A stretch of DNA of 64,000 bases from the human T2T-CHM13v2.0 reference genome, Homo sapiens, in NCBI RefSeq assembly GCF_009914755.1, contig NC_060928.1; one strand, 5' to 3'. The notes under the pieces are model-generated. The model was not told the origin of the DNA. It saw only the letters and a list, made by a program, of their open reading frames with translations, and did not search any database. A program made the translations under genes and the position numbers. Every line of letters starts with the position of its first letter. Position 1 is the first letter of the stretch. Positions 41,763 to 55,900 of this stretch are shown piece after piece.

Positions 41763-43850
41763 ACCCATAATAGCAACATAATGAGAATACCTAAAATAAA
41801 AAAAGACTTAGACAGTAATTTAATATTATAGCACTTTCTTATAGCACCATTTCCTACATGGTAGAATTGCTAAAATAATAATTGTTTATGATGGTAATAA
41901 GTACAATTTGAGTTGAAGTCACCACATTACTTTTATCAGCTAATGGTAATTCAGTATGACCTGTTGCTTAGTACATTTGTTATCCATTAGTTTTCTTGTT
42001 TGTTTCTTTGTTTGTTTTAGTTAGTTTGACTTTTACATTTGGAAACATATCTACGAGGCACTACATTGCAATGGATTCTCTGCAAACACCTTCATCAATA
42101 TTCTTTATAGCATCTTTATCTTTAGTTCTTTCTATGCTTCAATCTATCCTTGTTCCCTATTCCCTAACACTTTAAATATATTCATCCTAATGTACTACAA
42201 AACCTCTAAAATTCTGAAATCTAAGTGTTCCTATACAAGACTTCTTTTAGCTTCTTTCTCTATTAGTACCAGTTTATCTTATATTTTTCTTAGTATTCAC
42301 AGTAATAGAAGTTTTATCTGCTTTATGTTTTAGGCATTTTTATCAACAAGCTAAATTTAAATATTTATCACCACATTAACATTTTTAGCACTGCTTTTTA
42401 CTAAATGGCTGATGTTGGTGTCTGCTGCTTGCCAGGGATTTTGACTCCCTTTGATCTTCCAGATCTGTTTTACTCCAAAGGCCTTTATTTTTATTAATTT
42501 AGTGGCTCTGGCTGAGAACCTAGAATTAAAGTTGTTAATAAAAAATTAAAATAAAAAGGTTAATACAAACACAATGCCTTGATTTTCACATCAGGGTGAA
42601 AGGGATTGGAAGAAAATTTTTACATTTAGCAATAGCTCTTGTTACTTAATGTGTCTTGTGCTTGCTCAAATGAGTTTGATTTCATTTGTGATGGTTTATT
42701 TGTGATAGTGTGGTGGTTCCAGAGATTTCGTATTTGTTAGCATTCTAACTGGTTCTGTCAAATGAAGAAGCATAAGATATAAATTTTCCTCTTCAAATCC
42801 TTAATGTTCTGAGACCATTATGTAACACAGTATCAAACTCAGGGGGATTTGAAGGCTGCCTATGAGCAATTTTAGTTGAGCCAACAGAAACATGAACATT
42901 ATGCCAGTCTCTGTAGTATTATATGGGTGTTAGATAGAAAGTATTCTAACATGGATCATATCTCTTATATTTTAAAATAAAACCTAGTAAAACATAATGA
43001 GGTGGCATAAAATTTTAAGTTCTGTTATTCTGTAATCATATAGCATTAAAATATTAGAAATTGTTTTTTTCTCAGTATTCCACCACTCCCTTCCTTGTGC
43101 ACAGAACACCTAATTGTGCTGGCTGCCAAGTACCAATATCTGAGCATACGCAAAAGGATAACTTCCATTTGGTAGAAGGGAAATGACTTTGCTATTGATG
43201 TTTTACCATATCTTTTCCCATGCAATTTTATTTAAGGCACTGTCATGCCTTAGATGCCATGCTTTGAAAAGGAAAAAAAATCAAAACCAAATGCTAGTAT
43301 ATCAGCAAAATTGAAATGTCATTTCTGGAAGTCATTCTCTGCCTAATGCTGCACTTTGGGAAGTGACATTTTAAAGGGGAAAATGACAACAACAACAACA
43401 AGAAAAACTAAAATCCAATATAAATCCCATATAGAGGAAATATGGTGTGGTGTGTGAGATGAGGATTCTCAGAGATTTCCTCACAATTTTAATACACAGT
43501 CAATATACCAGCTGTCAGTGCCTTTTACTAGGGGTTTGCAATTTCAATTAACATTAGATACCATTGCATACTTTTACACTCTCATTTTGACAGAGACAAC
43601 ATAAAGTGACACTATACTCTTGCCCAGCAAGATGTTATACTACAAATTACCCATGTGTTTCTATGAATATACAAATTCTATGTAGCCCAATAAATTAATC
43701 CAAAATCATAATCCAAGAGAAAGAGCACTCTAATAACCCTTTCCCTCATATCTAGCACTCTATTATGTTCATGAAAGACATGCACTAATCATTTCTAGGT
43801 AAATTGCCCAATATAAATGTTATATACTATTTTTCTTAAAGTTAATGAGT

Positions 43851-46800
43851 GTCTTTTTTCCCCAAGAGAGTGGATTAGAGGCCTTTAGTGTGTCTCAGCC
43901 ACTTGGAAAAAGCAAGATAGCGCATAAAGATAAATTATGTGAGCCTTAATTCAGGGAGAATCTACTGGAATTGTAAAGGACACCCCTGATCCTGGGGAGG
44001 AGAATGCAGGCAAAAAGCCTGCATGATGGCATCTATCTGATAAAAGCAAATCTCCAGGCATTTGGAGAACCTACTTGCATGAACTTGTAGCCTAGCTGCC
44101 CCATACTTCCTGTGCGGAGATCCTTGTGCAGGGAGGCCCTCTGTGCTTTATGCCCAGGCAGATCTCCATGCATTTGGAGCACCTGCTTTCCTAGTTTAGC
44201 AGCCTGAGTTGCCCCACCTTTCCTATACAGAGATTTTGGTGTGGGAGGAGGTCTCTCCATTCCTAGCCCAGGCATATCTCCAGGCATTTGGAGCACTCAC
44301 TTGCCTGGATCAGCAGCCTGATCTGCCCCATAATTCCTGTGCAAAGACTGTGGTGAAGTAGGGCCCTCTTCACTCCATGCCCAGGCAGATCACCAGGAAT
44401 TCAAAGCACACACCAGCCCAAATCAGCACCTGAGCCATTTCACCCTCCCTGTGCAAGTTGTAGTATAGGGGGACCCTATACATTCCACATCCAGGCAGAT
44501 CTCAAGGAATCTGGAGCACCCACTCTCCTGGATAAGGAGTTTAGGTCACCCCATACTCTCCAAGCACAGAACTTGGGGCCAAGGAAGGAGTTTTCTCAGC
44601 TCCAAGCCTAGGCACACCTCTAGGTATTTGGTAGCTGCCCAGTGGATTCTCCTTTGGCACTAGTGTTTGTGCCTGCCATCAAGAGAACTGGAGGTTGGCC
44701 TGCCCAGTCTGGGCCCACCCATGTTGCCCTCTCCATTCCTCCAGAGTTATTTGGGGAGATGACCACAGTTAAGTGGGGAGATCAGACTACTGTAATCTTC
44801 AAAGATTAGCCCATTGCCTGAAACAATGAGAGCTTTTCCTGGTAAATAAGGATCAGGTATGTATTCAGTCATATTGGTTGCAGCCAGCTCTCACACATAA
44901 GAGCTATGCACTGGCTTGTAGGTTGAACTATACAGCCCAATATGAAACCTGCTGAGAGAAGTGCATAGGGCTACAAGAGCAAAGCCAAAAGACCCTCCCC
45001 AACATTGTCTACAGTAACAACCCAGAAGGGGTGGGAAGATAAAGGAAAATAAATGAAACCACAGTAATATTACAGGGAATGAAAGAAAAGCCCATATTGG
45101 CACAAAAATAATTACAGAAAATGGAAGTGCCAGTGTCTCCAGATGAGAGGCAAATAGAGCAAGAATTCTAGCACCATGAAAAATCTGAATGTAGTGACAT
45201 GACCAAAGGATCACATTAGCTCTCCACCAATGGTCACTAACCAAAATGGAAGCTCAGAAAGAACAAATAAAGAATTCAAAGCATGGATTGCAAGGAAGCT
45301 CAATGAGATCCAAGACATTGAGAATCAACACAAAAAACTTCTAAAGCAATCCAGAAAATGAAGAAAGAGATGATCATCTTAAAAAGAAATCAATCAGAGT
45401 ATCTGGATTAGGATCACTCATTTAAGAAATTTCAAACTACAATGAATATCTTTTTTAATAGGAACCCCACCAGGCTAACAATAGACCTCTCAGCAGAAAA
45501 CTTGCAAGCCAGGAAACATTAGGGGCCTATTTTCAGCATTTTTAAAGAAAATAAATTCCAACCATGAATCCTATATCCTGCCAAACTAAACTCATAACTG
45601 AAGGAGAAATATAATATTTTCCACAAAAGCAAGTGCCAAGGGAATTTGTTACCATTAGGCCAGCCTTACAAGAGAAGCAAAAGAGGGTTATCAATATGTA
45701 AACAAAAAAATTACATCTGCTACTACAAACAATACTTTAATACATAGCCTACAGACCCTATAAAACAACCAAACAACAAAAACTGCAAAACAACCAGCTA
45801 ACAACTTCACAATAGGATAGAAACCTCAAATATGAATATTAACCTTGAATGTAAATGGTCTAAATGACCCACTTAAAAGGCATAGAGTTGGAAGTTGAAT
45901 AAAAAACAAGACTCATCCTCCTGCCGTCTTCAAGATAACCATATCACATGCAATGATGCCTGTAGGGTCAAATTAAAAGGTTAGAGAATGATCTATTATG
46001 CAAATAGAGAAGAAAAAGATCATGAGTCATAATTCTTATGTCATATAAAACAGACTTTATACCAACAACAATAAAAGAGTACAAAGAAGGGCATTATATA
46101 ATGATAAGTGATTCAACATAACACAAATCCAAGTATCCTAAATATATACACATCCAACATTGGAGCACCCAGATTCATAAAACAAGTACTTCTAGACCTA
46201 TGAAAAGACTTAGACAACCACACAAAAACAGTGGCAGACTTCAACACCTCACTGGCAGCAATAGATCATTGAGGCAGAAAATTAAAAGAATTTCTGCACT
46301 TGAATTTGACAGTTGACAAATTGCACCTAATAGACATCTACAAAACACTCCACCCAGGAACTGTAGAATATATGTTCTTCCCAATTGCACACAGAACATA
46401 CCTCAATATTGACCACATGCTCAGCTATAAAGCGAGTCTCAAAAAATTTAAAAATAAAACCAACATTATACCAATCATACTCTTGAAATACAGTAGAACA
46501 CAAATAGAAAGTAATACCAAAAATATTTACCAAAACCAAACAATTATATATAAATTAAACAGTGTGCTCCTGAATGACTTTTGAGTAAACAACAAAACTA
46601 CGGCAGAAATGAAAAACTTCTGTAAAATAAATGAAAAGAGACACAATATATCAAAATCTCTGTGATGTACCAAAAGAATTGTTAAGAGGAATGTTTATAA
46701 TGATAAATGCCTATGTCAAAAAGCTAGAAAGATCTCAAATTAATAATCTCAAATGTCACACTTAAAGGAACTATGAAAACAAGAACAAACTAACCCTAAA

Positions 46801-49800
46801 GCTAGCAGAAGAAAAACACATAAATAAAATCAGAGTGAAACTGAGTAAAAGTGAGACCCAAAAATCTATACAAATAATCAACAAAACCATAAGTTGGTTC
46901 TTTGAAGGGATACCAAAAAAAGATCAATATACCACTAACTAGATTAACAAAGAAATAAACCAAAGAAGATCCAAATAAGCATAATTAGAAGTGACAAAGG
47001 AGGCACTACAACCAATCCCACAGAAATGCAAAAGTTCCTCATATATTATTCTGAAGGCTTCTATGCACACAAACTAGAAAATCTAGAGGAAATTGATAAA
47101 TTTTTGCAAACACACAACCTCTCAAGATGAAATCAGGAGGAAGTTGAAACTCTGAACAGACCAATACTGAGTTCTGAAATCAAATCAGTAATAATAATAA
47201 TAGAAAAACCTACCAACTATAGAAGCACTGGACTAGAGGGATTCACAGCCAAATTCCACCAGACATGCAAATGAGTTGGTATCAATACTAATGAAACTGT
47301 TCCAAAAATTCGAGGATGAGGTACTTCTCCCTACTTCATTTGATGAAGCCAGCATTATTCTGATACCAAAACCTGGCAGAGGCAACGAAAAAAAACAAAA
47401 AAACAAAAAGAAACAAACAAAAAAACACTTAAGGCCCAAATGCCTGATGAACATAAATGCAAAAAATCTCAATAAAATAGCAGCAAACAAAAATCAGCAG
47501 GACATCAAAAAGTTAATACACCACGATCAAGTAGGCTTCATTCCTGGGATACAAGTTTGGTTCAACATATGCAAATTAATAAATGATTCACTACATAAAC
47601 AGAATTAAAAACAAAAGCCATATGATCATCTCAATAGGTGTAGAAAAAGCCTTTGATAAGATTGAACATTCTTTTATGTTAAAATCTCTCAACAAACTAG
47701 GCATCAAAAAATAAAAATCAAAATAAAAAGACCCATCTATGATAAACCCACAGCCAACATTATACCAAATGTGAAAAGCTGCAACCAATCCCAGTGAGAA
47801 GTGGAATAAGACAAGGATGCCCACTTTCACTGCTTCTATTCAATATAGTATTGGAGGTCCTAGCCAAAGCAATTAGGCAAGAGAAAGAAACAAAAGGTAT
47901 CTAAATAGGAAAACAAGAAATCAAACGATCTTTCTTTACTGATAAGATTATTTACCTAGAAAACCCAACATCTCTGACAAAAAGCTTCTAAAACTGATAA
48001 ACAACACAAGTGAAGTTTCAGGATGAAAAAAAAACGCACTAAAACGAGTAGCATTTCTATAATCAATAAATAACTGAGAGCCAAATCAAGAATGCAATCC
48101 CATTTACTATAGCCACACACACACAAAATAAAAAACCTAGGAATACGTCTAACAAGAAGGTGAAATATCTCTACAATAGAACTACAAAACAATGCTGAAA
48201 GAAATCATAGATAACACAAACAAATAAAAAACTTTCCATGTTTATGGATTGGAAGAATCAATATTGTTAAAATGTCCATACTATTCAAATAAAACTAGTT
48301 TTAATGCTATTCATATTAAACTACCAATGTCGTTTTTACAGAATTAGAAAAAACTATTCTAAAATTCACGTGGAATGAAAGCAGAGCCCAAATAGCCAAG
48401 ACAATCCTAAGCAAAAAGAACAAAGCTGGAGGCATATGCTACTCGACTTCAAACTATACTTGGGCTACAGTAACCAAAACAGTATGATATTGGTCCAGAA
48501 ACAGATACATAGACCAATGGAATAGAATAGAGAACCCAGAAATGAGGTCACATGTACAACTATGTGATCTCTGACAAAGCTGACAAAAACAAGCAATGGA
48601 AAAAGGACTCTTTATTCAATAATTTGTGCTGGGAAAACAGGCTAGCCATATGCAGAAGACTGAAAATGGACTCCTTCCTTACACCATATAGAAAAATTAC
48701 ATTAAAATAATTTAAAGCCAAAACTATGCAAATCCTGTAAGACAACGTAGGCAATACCATTTTGGACATAGGAATGGGTAAAGGTTTGATTACAAAGATG
48801 ACAAAAGCAGTTGCAATCAAAGCAAAAATTGAAAAAAATTGGATCTAATTAAACTACAGAACTTCTAAACAGCAAAAGAAACTATCAACAAAGTGAACAG
48901 ACAACCTACAGAATGGAAGAAAATTTTTGCAAAGTATGCATCTGACAAGTGTCTAATATCTAGCATCTATAAGGAACTTAACAAATTTCCCAGAAAAAAA
49001 CAACCCAATAAAAATGTGGGCAAAGCACATAAACAGACACTTTTCTGAAGATATACATGTGGCCAACAATCATATGAGAAAAAGGTCACTGTCACTGATC
49101 ATTAGAGAAATGCAAATCAAAACCACAATGAGATACCGTCTCATACCAGTCAGAATGGCTATTAATAAACAGACAAACAATAACAGATTTTGACAAGTCT
49201 ATGGAAAAAAAAGGAACACTTACACATTGCTGGTGGAAATGTAGATTATTTCAGCCATAGTAGAAAGCAGTTTGGGGTTTTCTCAAATAAATTAAAACAG
49301 AACTACCATGTGACCCCGCAATCCCATTACTGGTATATATCCCAAAGAAAATATATCATTCTACTGAAAACACATGCACTAGCATGTTAATCTCAGCACT
49401 ATTCACAATAACAAAGACATAGAATCAACCTAGGCACCCATCAATGGTTGATTGGTTAACAAATATGTGGTACATATACACTGTGAAATACCATGCAGCC
49501 ATTAAAAAACGATGAAAGCATGTCCTTTGTAGCAGCAGGAATGCAGCTAGAGGACATTATCCTAAGCAAATCAAAGCAGGAACAGAAAACTAAATGCTGC
49601 ATGTTCTCACTTATAAGTGGGAGCTAAATCCTGAGTATACTCTTGGACATAATTGGAACAACAGACACTGGGAACTACTATAGGGGCTAGAGTTAGAGCA
49701 GGACAAGGGTTTAAAAAGTAGCTCTTGGGCACTATGCTCATTACCTGGGTGATGGGATCATTTGAACCCCAAACCTCTGCATCAAACAATATACTCATAT

Positions 49801-49860
49801 AACAAACCTGCATATTTCCCCCTGAATCTAAAATAAAAGTTGAAATTATTAGGAAAAAAT
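43851..49860 (+). mobile_element. Near full-length decayed LINE-1 (L1PA13-16 type) with internal deletions
   Basis: 5' end CCAAGAGAGTGGATTAGAGGC is homologous to the 5' end of the L1 at 12100. ORF2 endonuclease remnant 46300-46584, RT remnant 47276-47608 ([12 protein letters not shown]), 3'UTR and AATAAA. TSD GTTAATGAGT (43841) / GTTAACAAGT (49861). Confidence 0.92.
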
Positions 49861-51000
49861 GTTAACAAGTTTAAGAAACTAAATCACCTGGAATCTTGAC
49901 TAATACATAGGTGAATGCCAATAGTCCCAAAAGTAATTTCTCATCCTAGTATTACTTTTCTAGGAAATCTTCAAAGTTTGCTTAAATGGAAAGCATTTAT
50001 TTCACACTTAAAAATATAAGCTAAAAAATACGATCTATACAACAATTTTTATGCATACAATTTCTAGTAAACTGTTCTTTAACCTGTAAAAAAATCATTT
50101 GTATACTAAACGGGCTTTGAGTTTTGCCGTTAGTGACTATTTAATATTAGAGGGACATTTAGCTCTCAAGTATCTACAAAATAAAACCCATACTGATAGA
50201 AGAGTAAATACCATTATAATTATTATCGATCTTATCATTATTGTTTCAATCCAGGGCTATTGGTTCTAGACATAGAAATAAACAAAGAAAAACATCTGTT
50301 TTTCCTAAATTTAAAGTAAGGGTTTTTTTCCCCAAATTTTTGTTTTATTTTCTAGAACACTTATATTTTTATAGACATTGAGTATCTTTTCTTTAATAAT
50401 TATAGGCTTTGGTAGGATGTTTGTTTGTATGAATTTACTTTTAGCAATAGAAAAAGTCACAAACTCTGCCATTATCTCACTGCTTATTAAGTTGACCAGA
50501 CAGCACAGCCTCACTTTAATCCCATTAGTAGATAACCAACAAAACTAAACAAACAAACCAAAAACAGGAAAACACAGAAATAGACAGGGATGCATTATTG
50601 ACCCAATTCAATATATAAAAAGTATTAACACATTAAATGCCAGAGCCGCTTTTTTTGAGCTTTGGTAGTTTAAACAATAACATGTTTTAAGCATGACAAT
50701 TTCCCATTTAAAGAAGAAATCTGAGTTCATGCAATTTACCCTCTTTTAGAGAGAGCCATAGTGCTTACTTAGACAGGTGGTCCTACTTGTTCACACATCC
50801 TCAAACTTTTGCTTTATTATTATCATCACTAGATATATTTGTGGAATTTACACACTATTTAAGTTCTCCAAAGTTTTAATTCAATGCCATAAAAGTATTT
50901 TTGGAAAACATAACTTTGTTTAAATGATTCTAGACTATAAACACTAGAGTTGTGGTATATACTAAATAGTATTTCAAGTCACTCCCTAGGCAAATATTAT

Positions 51001-51292
51001 TGTCTTTGACTGGGGCGGCTGTAGCAAAATGCCATAGACAGAGTGGCAGCAACAGAAACTCATTTCTCAGGGTTCTAGATCTGGGAAGTCCAAGAAGGTG
51101 TCTCCTCTCCTTGTCTTCACATGGTGGAAGGAGCAAGGTGTATCTCTTGAGCCTCTTTTATAAGGGCACTGAGAGCTTTGTCCTCATGACCTAATCATCT
51201 CCCTGAAACCCCACCTCCTAATACCATTACATTGGAAGTTAGTTGTTTCAACTTACTTATTTCAGGGGAACTTATACATTGGGTCCATCGCA
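51001..51292 (-). mobile_element. MLT1A-type MaLR LTR
   Basis: GGCTGTAGCAAAATGCCATAGAC...CTGGGAAGTCCAAGA...CTCATGACCTAATCATCTCCC...CCACCTCCTAATACCAT. Confidence 0.8.
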
Positions 51293-51402
51293 ATTGTAAT
51301 AGAAAAATTTCCTTTGAAAAACAACTTAAATTACTAACTAAATGCAGGTATTGTCTGATGTCTTATCAGTCATTTTTAAAATTTCAGATTCAATTATCTA
51401 TG

Positions 51403-51586
51403 CAGGGATCTGTAGAGCTCCATGAGCCAAATTTGGTCTGTTCCATGTCTGATTTTGTAAATAAAGTTTTATTGGAACAAGGCCAGTCCTACTTATTTTT
51501 GCATTGTCTGTGAATTAAGTAGCTGTGACAGAGACTATTCGACCTGCAAATATTTGGCCCTCTACAGAAAGGTTGCCAGCCTGAAC
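51403..51586. mobile_element. MER58A-like hAT-Charlie MITE
   Basis: TTTTGTAAATAAAGTTTTATTGGAACA...AGTAGCTGTGACAGAGAC...TGGCCCTCTACAGAAA. Confidence 0.8.
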
Positions 51587-54500
51587 TAGATAATAAGAAA
51601 AACAAAATGAATTTCTACATATGATTGTCTAGCTTTTGAAAGCATTCTGACTTTTAAATAATTATTAAATTCATAGTTATGAATGAGACTTGGAGAGAAT
51701 ATTCAAAATACTATAGCTTGCCAGAAGGGTTTACTCCATTTGATTGTAACATTGTCTCCATAAAATTAACACACATGACTGGAGATTCATTGTTGTTTGA
51801 GGAGTGTAAAGGAAATATTTGTGAAAGCATTTATCGTAAAGCCTATTAAGGTAATATTTGTGAAATAATGTATCACAGGGGAGGTATAAAATAAATACTT
51901 CCTTAATTTGAAGTGAAATCTTGCCTGGTTATTTTCACATACATCTGGTTCCTTGGAAAGCTTTCTGCATCACTGGCCTGTGATTCACAAATGGCTTGGG
52001 CATGAATCACATGACCTGTAAGAATCAAGCCTCAAATTTATTATCAGTTAAAGTAGAGATGTGATAGTGTTCACACCAGGAGTTCAGATTCAGAGAAGTG
52101 AAAATTACACTCAATTGTGAATCAGAGTTTTGATGCCTGTAAGATGGCAAATTAGCTTAAGAGTTTTTAGCATGGTATAATAACAGATAAAAATTATAGA
52201 GGCTTTTCTCTGGGATATAAAACATACTAGCACATAGGAGATCCCACAAAAGTTTTAATTATTGTTATGGTTGTTATTATCCCTAGCTGAGAGCTCTGTA
52301 CTCTATCAGGTCTCAATTCTTATTTTACCTCTTTGGTTCTCTCACTCTTCACTAGTTGTATTGTCTTATTTTTATGTGTTTCTCTCTCTTTTTGCTCTAC
52401 AGTTTAATCCTGAATAAAATGTAATAATGAATTGGTTGTATATATTTGCAAACTCTTCAAAATATGGTATTTTAGCTGAAGTCAATTAACAACACTGTCT
52501 CCTATTCCAAGTTCCCTTCATATCTGTTTCTGTTGGAATGGCCTCGGGATTTTTTTTTCTCCATTCAGATAAAGGAATGCTGAGTTGAAGATGCATTAGA
52601 TTTTGATTTAATGGGATATATTTATGTATTCCATGTATGTATAGCTAGGTTATTGTTAGCTATACCAGTATAGGTTTGGCTCATAGAACACTCATACCGT
52701 GCACTGTGCCAATGGACTCTATATTGGGACACAAAGTTCTTGGCTACTGGTATAATTTTGATATGAGCCAAAAGTGTAAGGCTGGTGGAAGAGAAACAGT
52801 ACTGGAAACATCCAAAGACAGAAGCTGTAGAATATTTATCTAATTATAAAGTTTACAGAATAGTAAATAAAAATTCAGTTGTAATTAATGTCTAATCAAT
52901 ACAAAAGTTCTCTTTTTCATAGAGGTTGTCCAATTGATAATTTTTCCAAATGAGTACATGTCATCAATGATAGTGTTACAAATCTAAAACTTACTTTTTT
53001 TATAAGTAACAAATATAAATTTTGATCGGCCTCCAAGAAGGGAATTTTCATTATCTTTATATTCTAAATGCGCAAAATAATATGGCAAAATCATTTGAAG
53101 AAGTGATTAATCAATGTACAGCCAACATTTGGGAACATGAGATGTGTTGAAATGTTATTTTTATACATTTTATTATTTCTGTGGTCTTTGCATTTTGTAT
53201 ATGTGTTCAGTTTTCTCAAAGACCAAGATATCTAACCTCTTTAGAATTCTGCTCCAGTTCTAGTGTGTTTTATTGAAGACTGAGATTGGTAACTGTGATC
53301 AGAAAATAGGTTTTTAAAGATGGCGTAAAACAAAAATTTCTGCCTTTGATTCAAATTTTGTTATAATGGCCAGGATATTTATGCCTGAAGTCAAACTGAA
53401 AATGAAACCACATAATTGTATTTGTTCTCTTCGATTCAACTTAGTACATTCTGTTGCTAAACACTGTTTGGGACTCTTAATAATTTTAGTAGAAAGATAC
53501 TCTCTGTAGGAACACTGACTATAAATGTTCTGAAACTACAAATGTTCAAAATCTCAGTGTCTTATGAACATCTTCCTAAGACCAATTACAATAGCCATGC
53601 ATCTGTCATGCCATAGGGGAGGGATGTAAGGATATATAGTTCACTGACCGGCAAGTTTCATGGTCTCAAGTAACCTGCTTTTGATTTTTTTCCTTCATTT
53701 TATTGTCATTTAGTTGTTGACCCAAAAAGATATGGATTATTCTTAAATGCGATTTCTGCCCAACTACCAGCAGAAACTTGGGACTTGGAAAATTATTTTG
53801 GTTAGTTCTGATAATAAAATATTCAAGAATGCTGACAGACTGCAAGGCGCAAATCCATATTAAATCTGTCTACTGAGTTTGTTTTAAGGAGAGGCAGTAC
53901 TGCATATGAAATGTAGGATTGTGGAATCCAAATAATCCAACTTATGTCAAAACTAAATGGATCATCTACCATAGTTTCAGGAAAATAATAATAATAATAG
54001 CCCATTTAGAAAACATTAACCTTAGCAACTTGCATACAAAATTCCTCTAAGAATACATTAGCATGCAAGTATAAATCTTGCAATGTATAGAATCTGCTTA
54101 CTCTTAGTCCCCAGGTTTTTAAAACTTCTTTGATAACCTAATATACCAATTTGAGATACACATTTCCTGACTAAGGAATTTCAAGCTTCAGAAATGCTGG
54201 GCTGTCAACTTTCCAGTCCTCCTTACTCTTGCATCAATTAATGTGAACTGATATGGTGAGTTAAACAGAGCTCCACTAGCAGCCGCATAAAACACAGATA
54301 TGCTTGTTATCTATTCCATAATGGAAAAACTGAATGTGGAAACCCAGAAAGTGGGATGTTATAAATATCCCCTTTACCATCCTTTGCAAACAGATTAAAG
54401 TCCTAGTGACAGAGAGGAGAATAAACCTAATAAACCTTGGTTAAAGAAATCCTCCTCCTATTAAAAAGAAATATGCTCCACTTTTGGACTCTCCATAAAA

Positions 54501-55329
54501 TTATCCTAAGAGATTTGGACAGAATCCAGAACAGAATAATGAGAATTATTAGGCAGTGGAAAATCTGGCATTCTTCTGCTATAGGAGTTGTATGTAATTA
54601 TGTCCAACACCCATATCAACTGACAGTTGGATTTTACTTCAGCTGAAAGCACAGAGGTTAAAGTGGGGACTTTAGTGAATACAATCTCAAGATATTATTG
54701 CTTGATAAGAATGAGAACTAATTTAGCTGTATGCGGAACTTGTGAGTATCATAACATTTTCTGTTTTTAGGATTGCATTCTCAATATGTAGGGAGTGAGT
54801 GGAGTCAAATTGGAAACACAATAAAATTTGAAGAATACTCCCTGAAGTATTTACATCTCTGCATATTCCCAGATACTCTTCCTTTTCTCAATAGTTCCTG
54901 GCTTTTCCATGACAAATCCAGTTATTATAAGGTTTCTTTTAATGCTTCTGGTCTTGATGTGCAAAGGTAATGGATGATTGTGTCTGAAAATTTTGAGGCT
55001 TGATATTATTATTTTTTCATTACTCCTGAGTGGTTTTATTCAGAACATCAAGGTTCTTGGTATTGATGGAGAGACTCCCTACCCAGATCACAGGATCAAA
55101 GTTGTCTTCCAGGTTTATGGTGAAATCCCAAAGAACGCCAAGACCCTAAGCAGTCTTATGTGGAATCAGTGATAGGATACATAGTTCTTATTTTGTAGGG
55201 CATTTTCCTGGCAGGCATTTAATTATATTTTGTCCTAATCAAATGATTGTTTTTACAACACTGGCTCTGAGACAGGCACTAAGAGAATAAAACATAATCC
55301 TGTCCACAAATAGATGATATCCAGTTGTA

Positions 55330-55900
55330 TAAAACAAATAAGTGTACCAAGTGTTACAATATAGCATAATACATGCCATCATGTAAGTTTGTTCCAGGTA
55401 TTTTGACAGTAAAGTTACAGGAAGCCTCACTCAGCCTAGGTGAAACAAAGAAAACTTCCTTGAATGGAAACATTTGATTAAGAGATACAGCATTGATTCT
55501 GAGATTGGACTTTATGCAGAAACAATGAGATGCCATAGATAAACTTCAGGAACTAAAAAGGGCATGATTAGTTTGATGCTTTAGATATTTCACTTTGGAT
55601 GTATACAAAGAATGCAGAAAGGAAATTGGTAGTTAAAGGAGGCAAACATATTAGGTGGCAAAACTTTTGCTTCAGGTGCTAAAATGGAGACATCACATCA
55701 TTAATTAAAAGTTTGAGGAGGATGACAAGCCTGAATTGAAATTCTGGTTGTGTTGCTTTTTAATTATGTAATTCTAGATAAAATATTTAACACTTTTAGG
55801 TCTCAGCTTCTACTTTCAAAAAAATGTTAAGGAGATTAAACACAGCAGTATGTACAATTTCCTTAGCATAGTGCCCAGAATACATTACACAATAAATACT
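55330..55900. mobile_element. L2 then MIR fragments
   Basis: GAGATTGGACTTTAT...GGCATGATTAGTTTG is L2-like. TCTCAGCTTC...AGGAGATTAAA...CTTAGCATAGTGCC is MIR-like. Confidence 0.5.

Noticed and set aside
44045-44640. Regularly spaced repeat cores resembling a repeat-spacer array
   Set aside because: The intervening sequences are homologous to each other and lie within an L1 5'UTR, so these are diverged tandem monomers.
46300-47608. Endonuclease- and RT-like ORFs suggesting an active retroelement
   Set aside because: Short pieces separated by stops and frameshifts, with ORF1 partly deleted. The L1 is dead.
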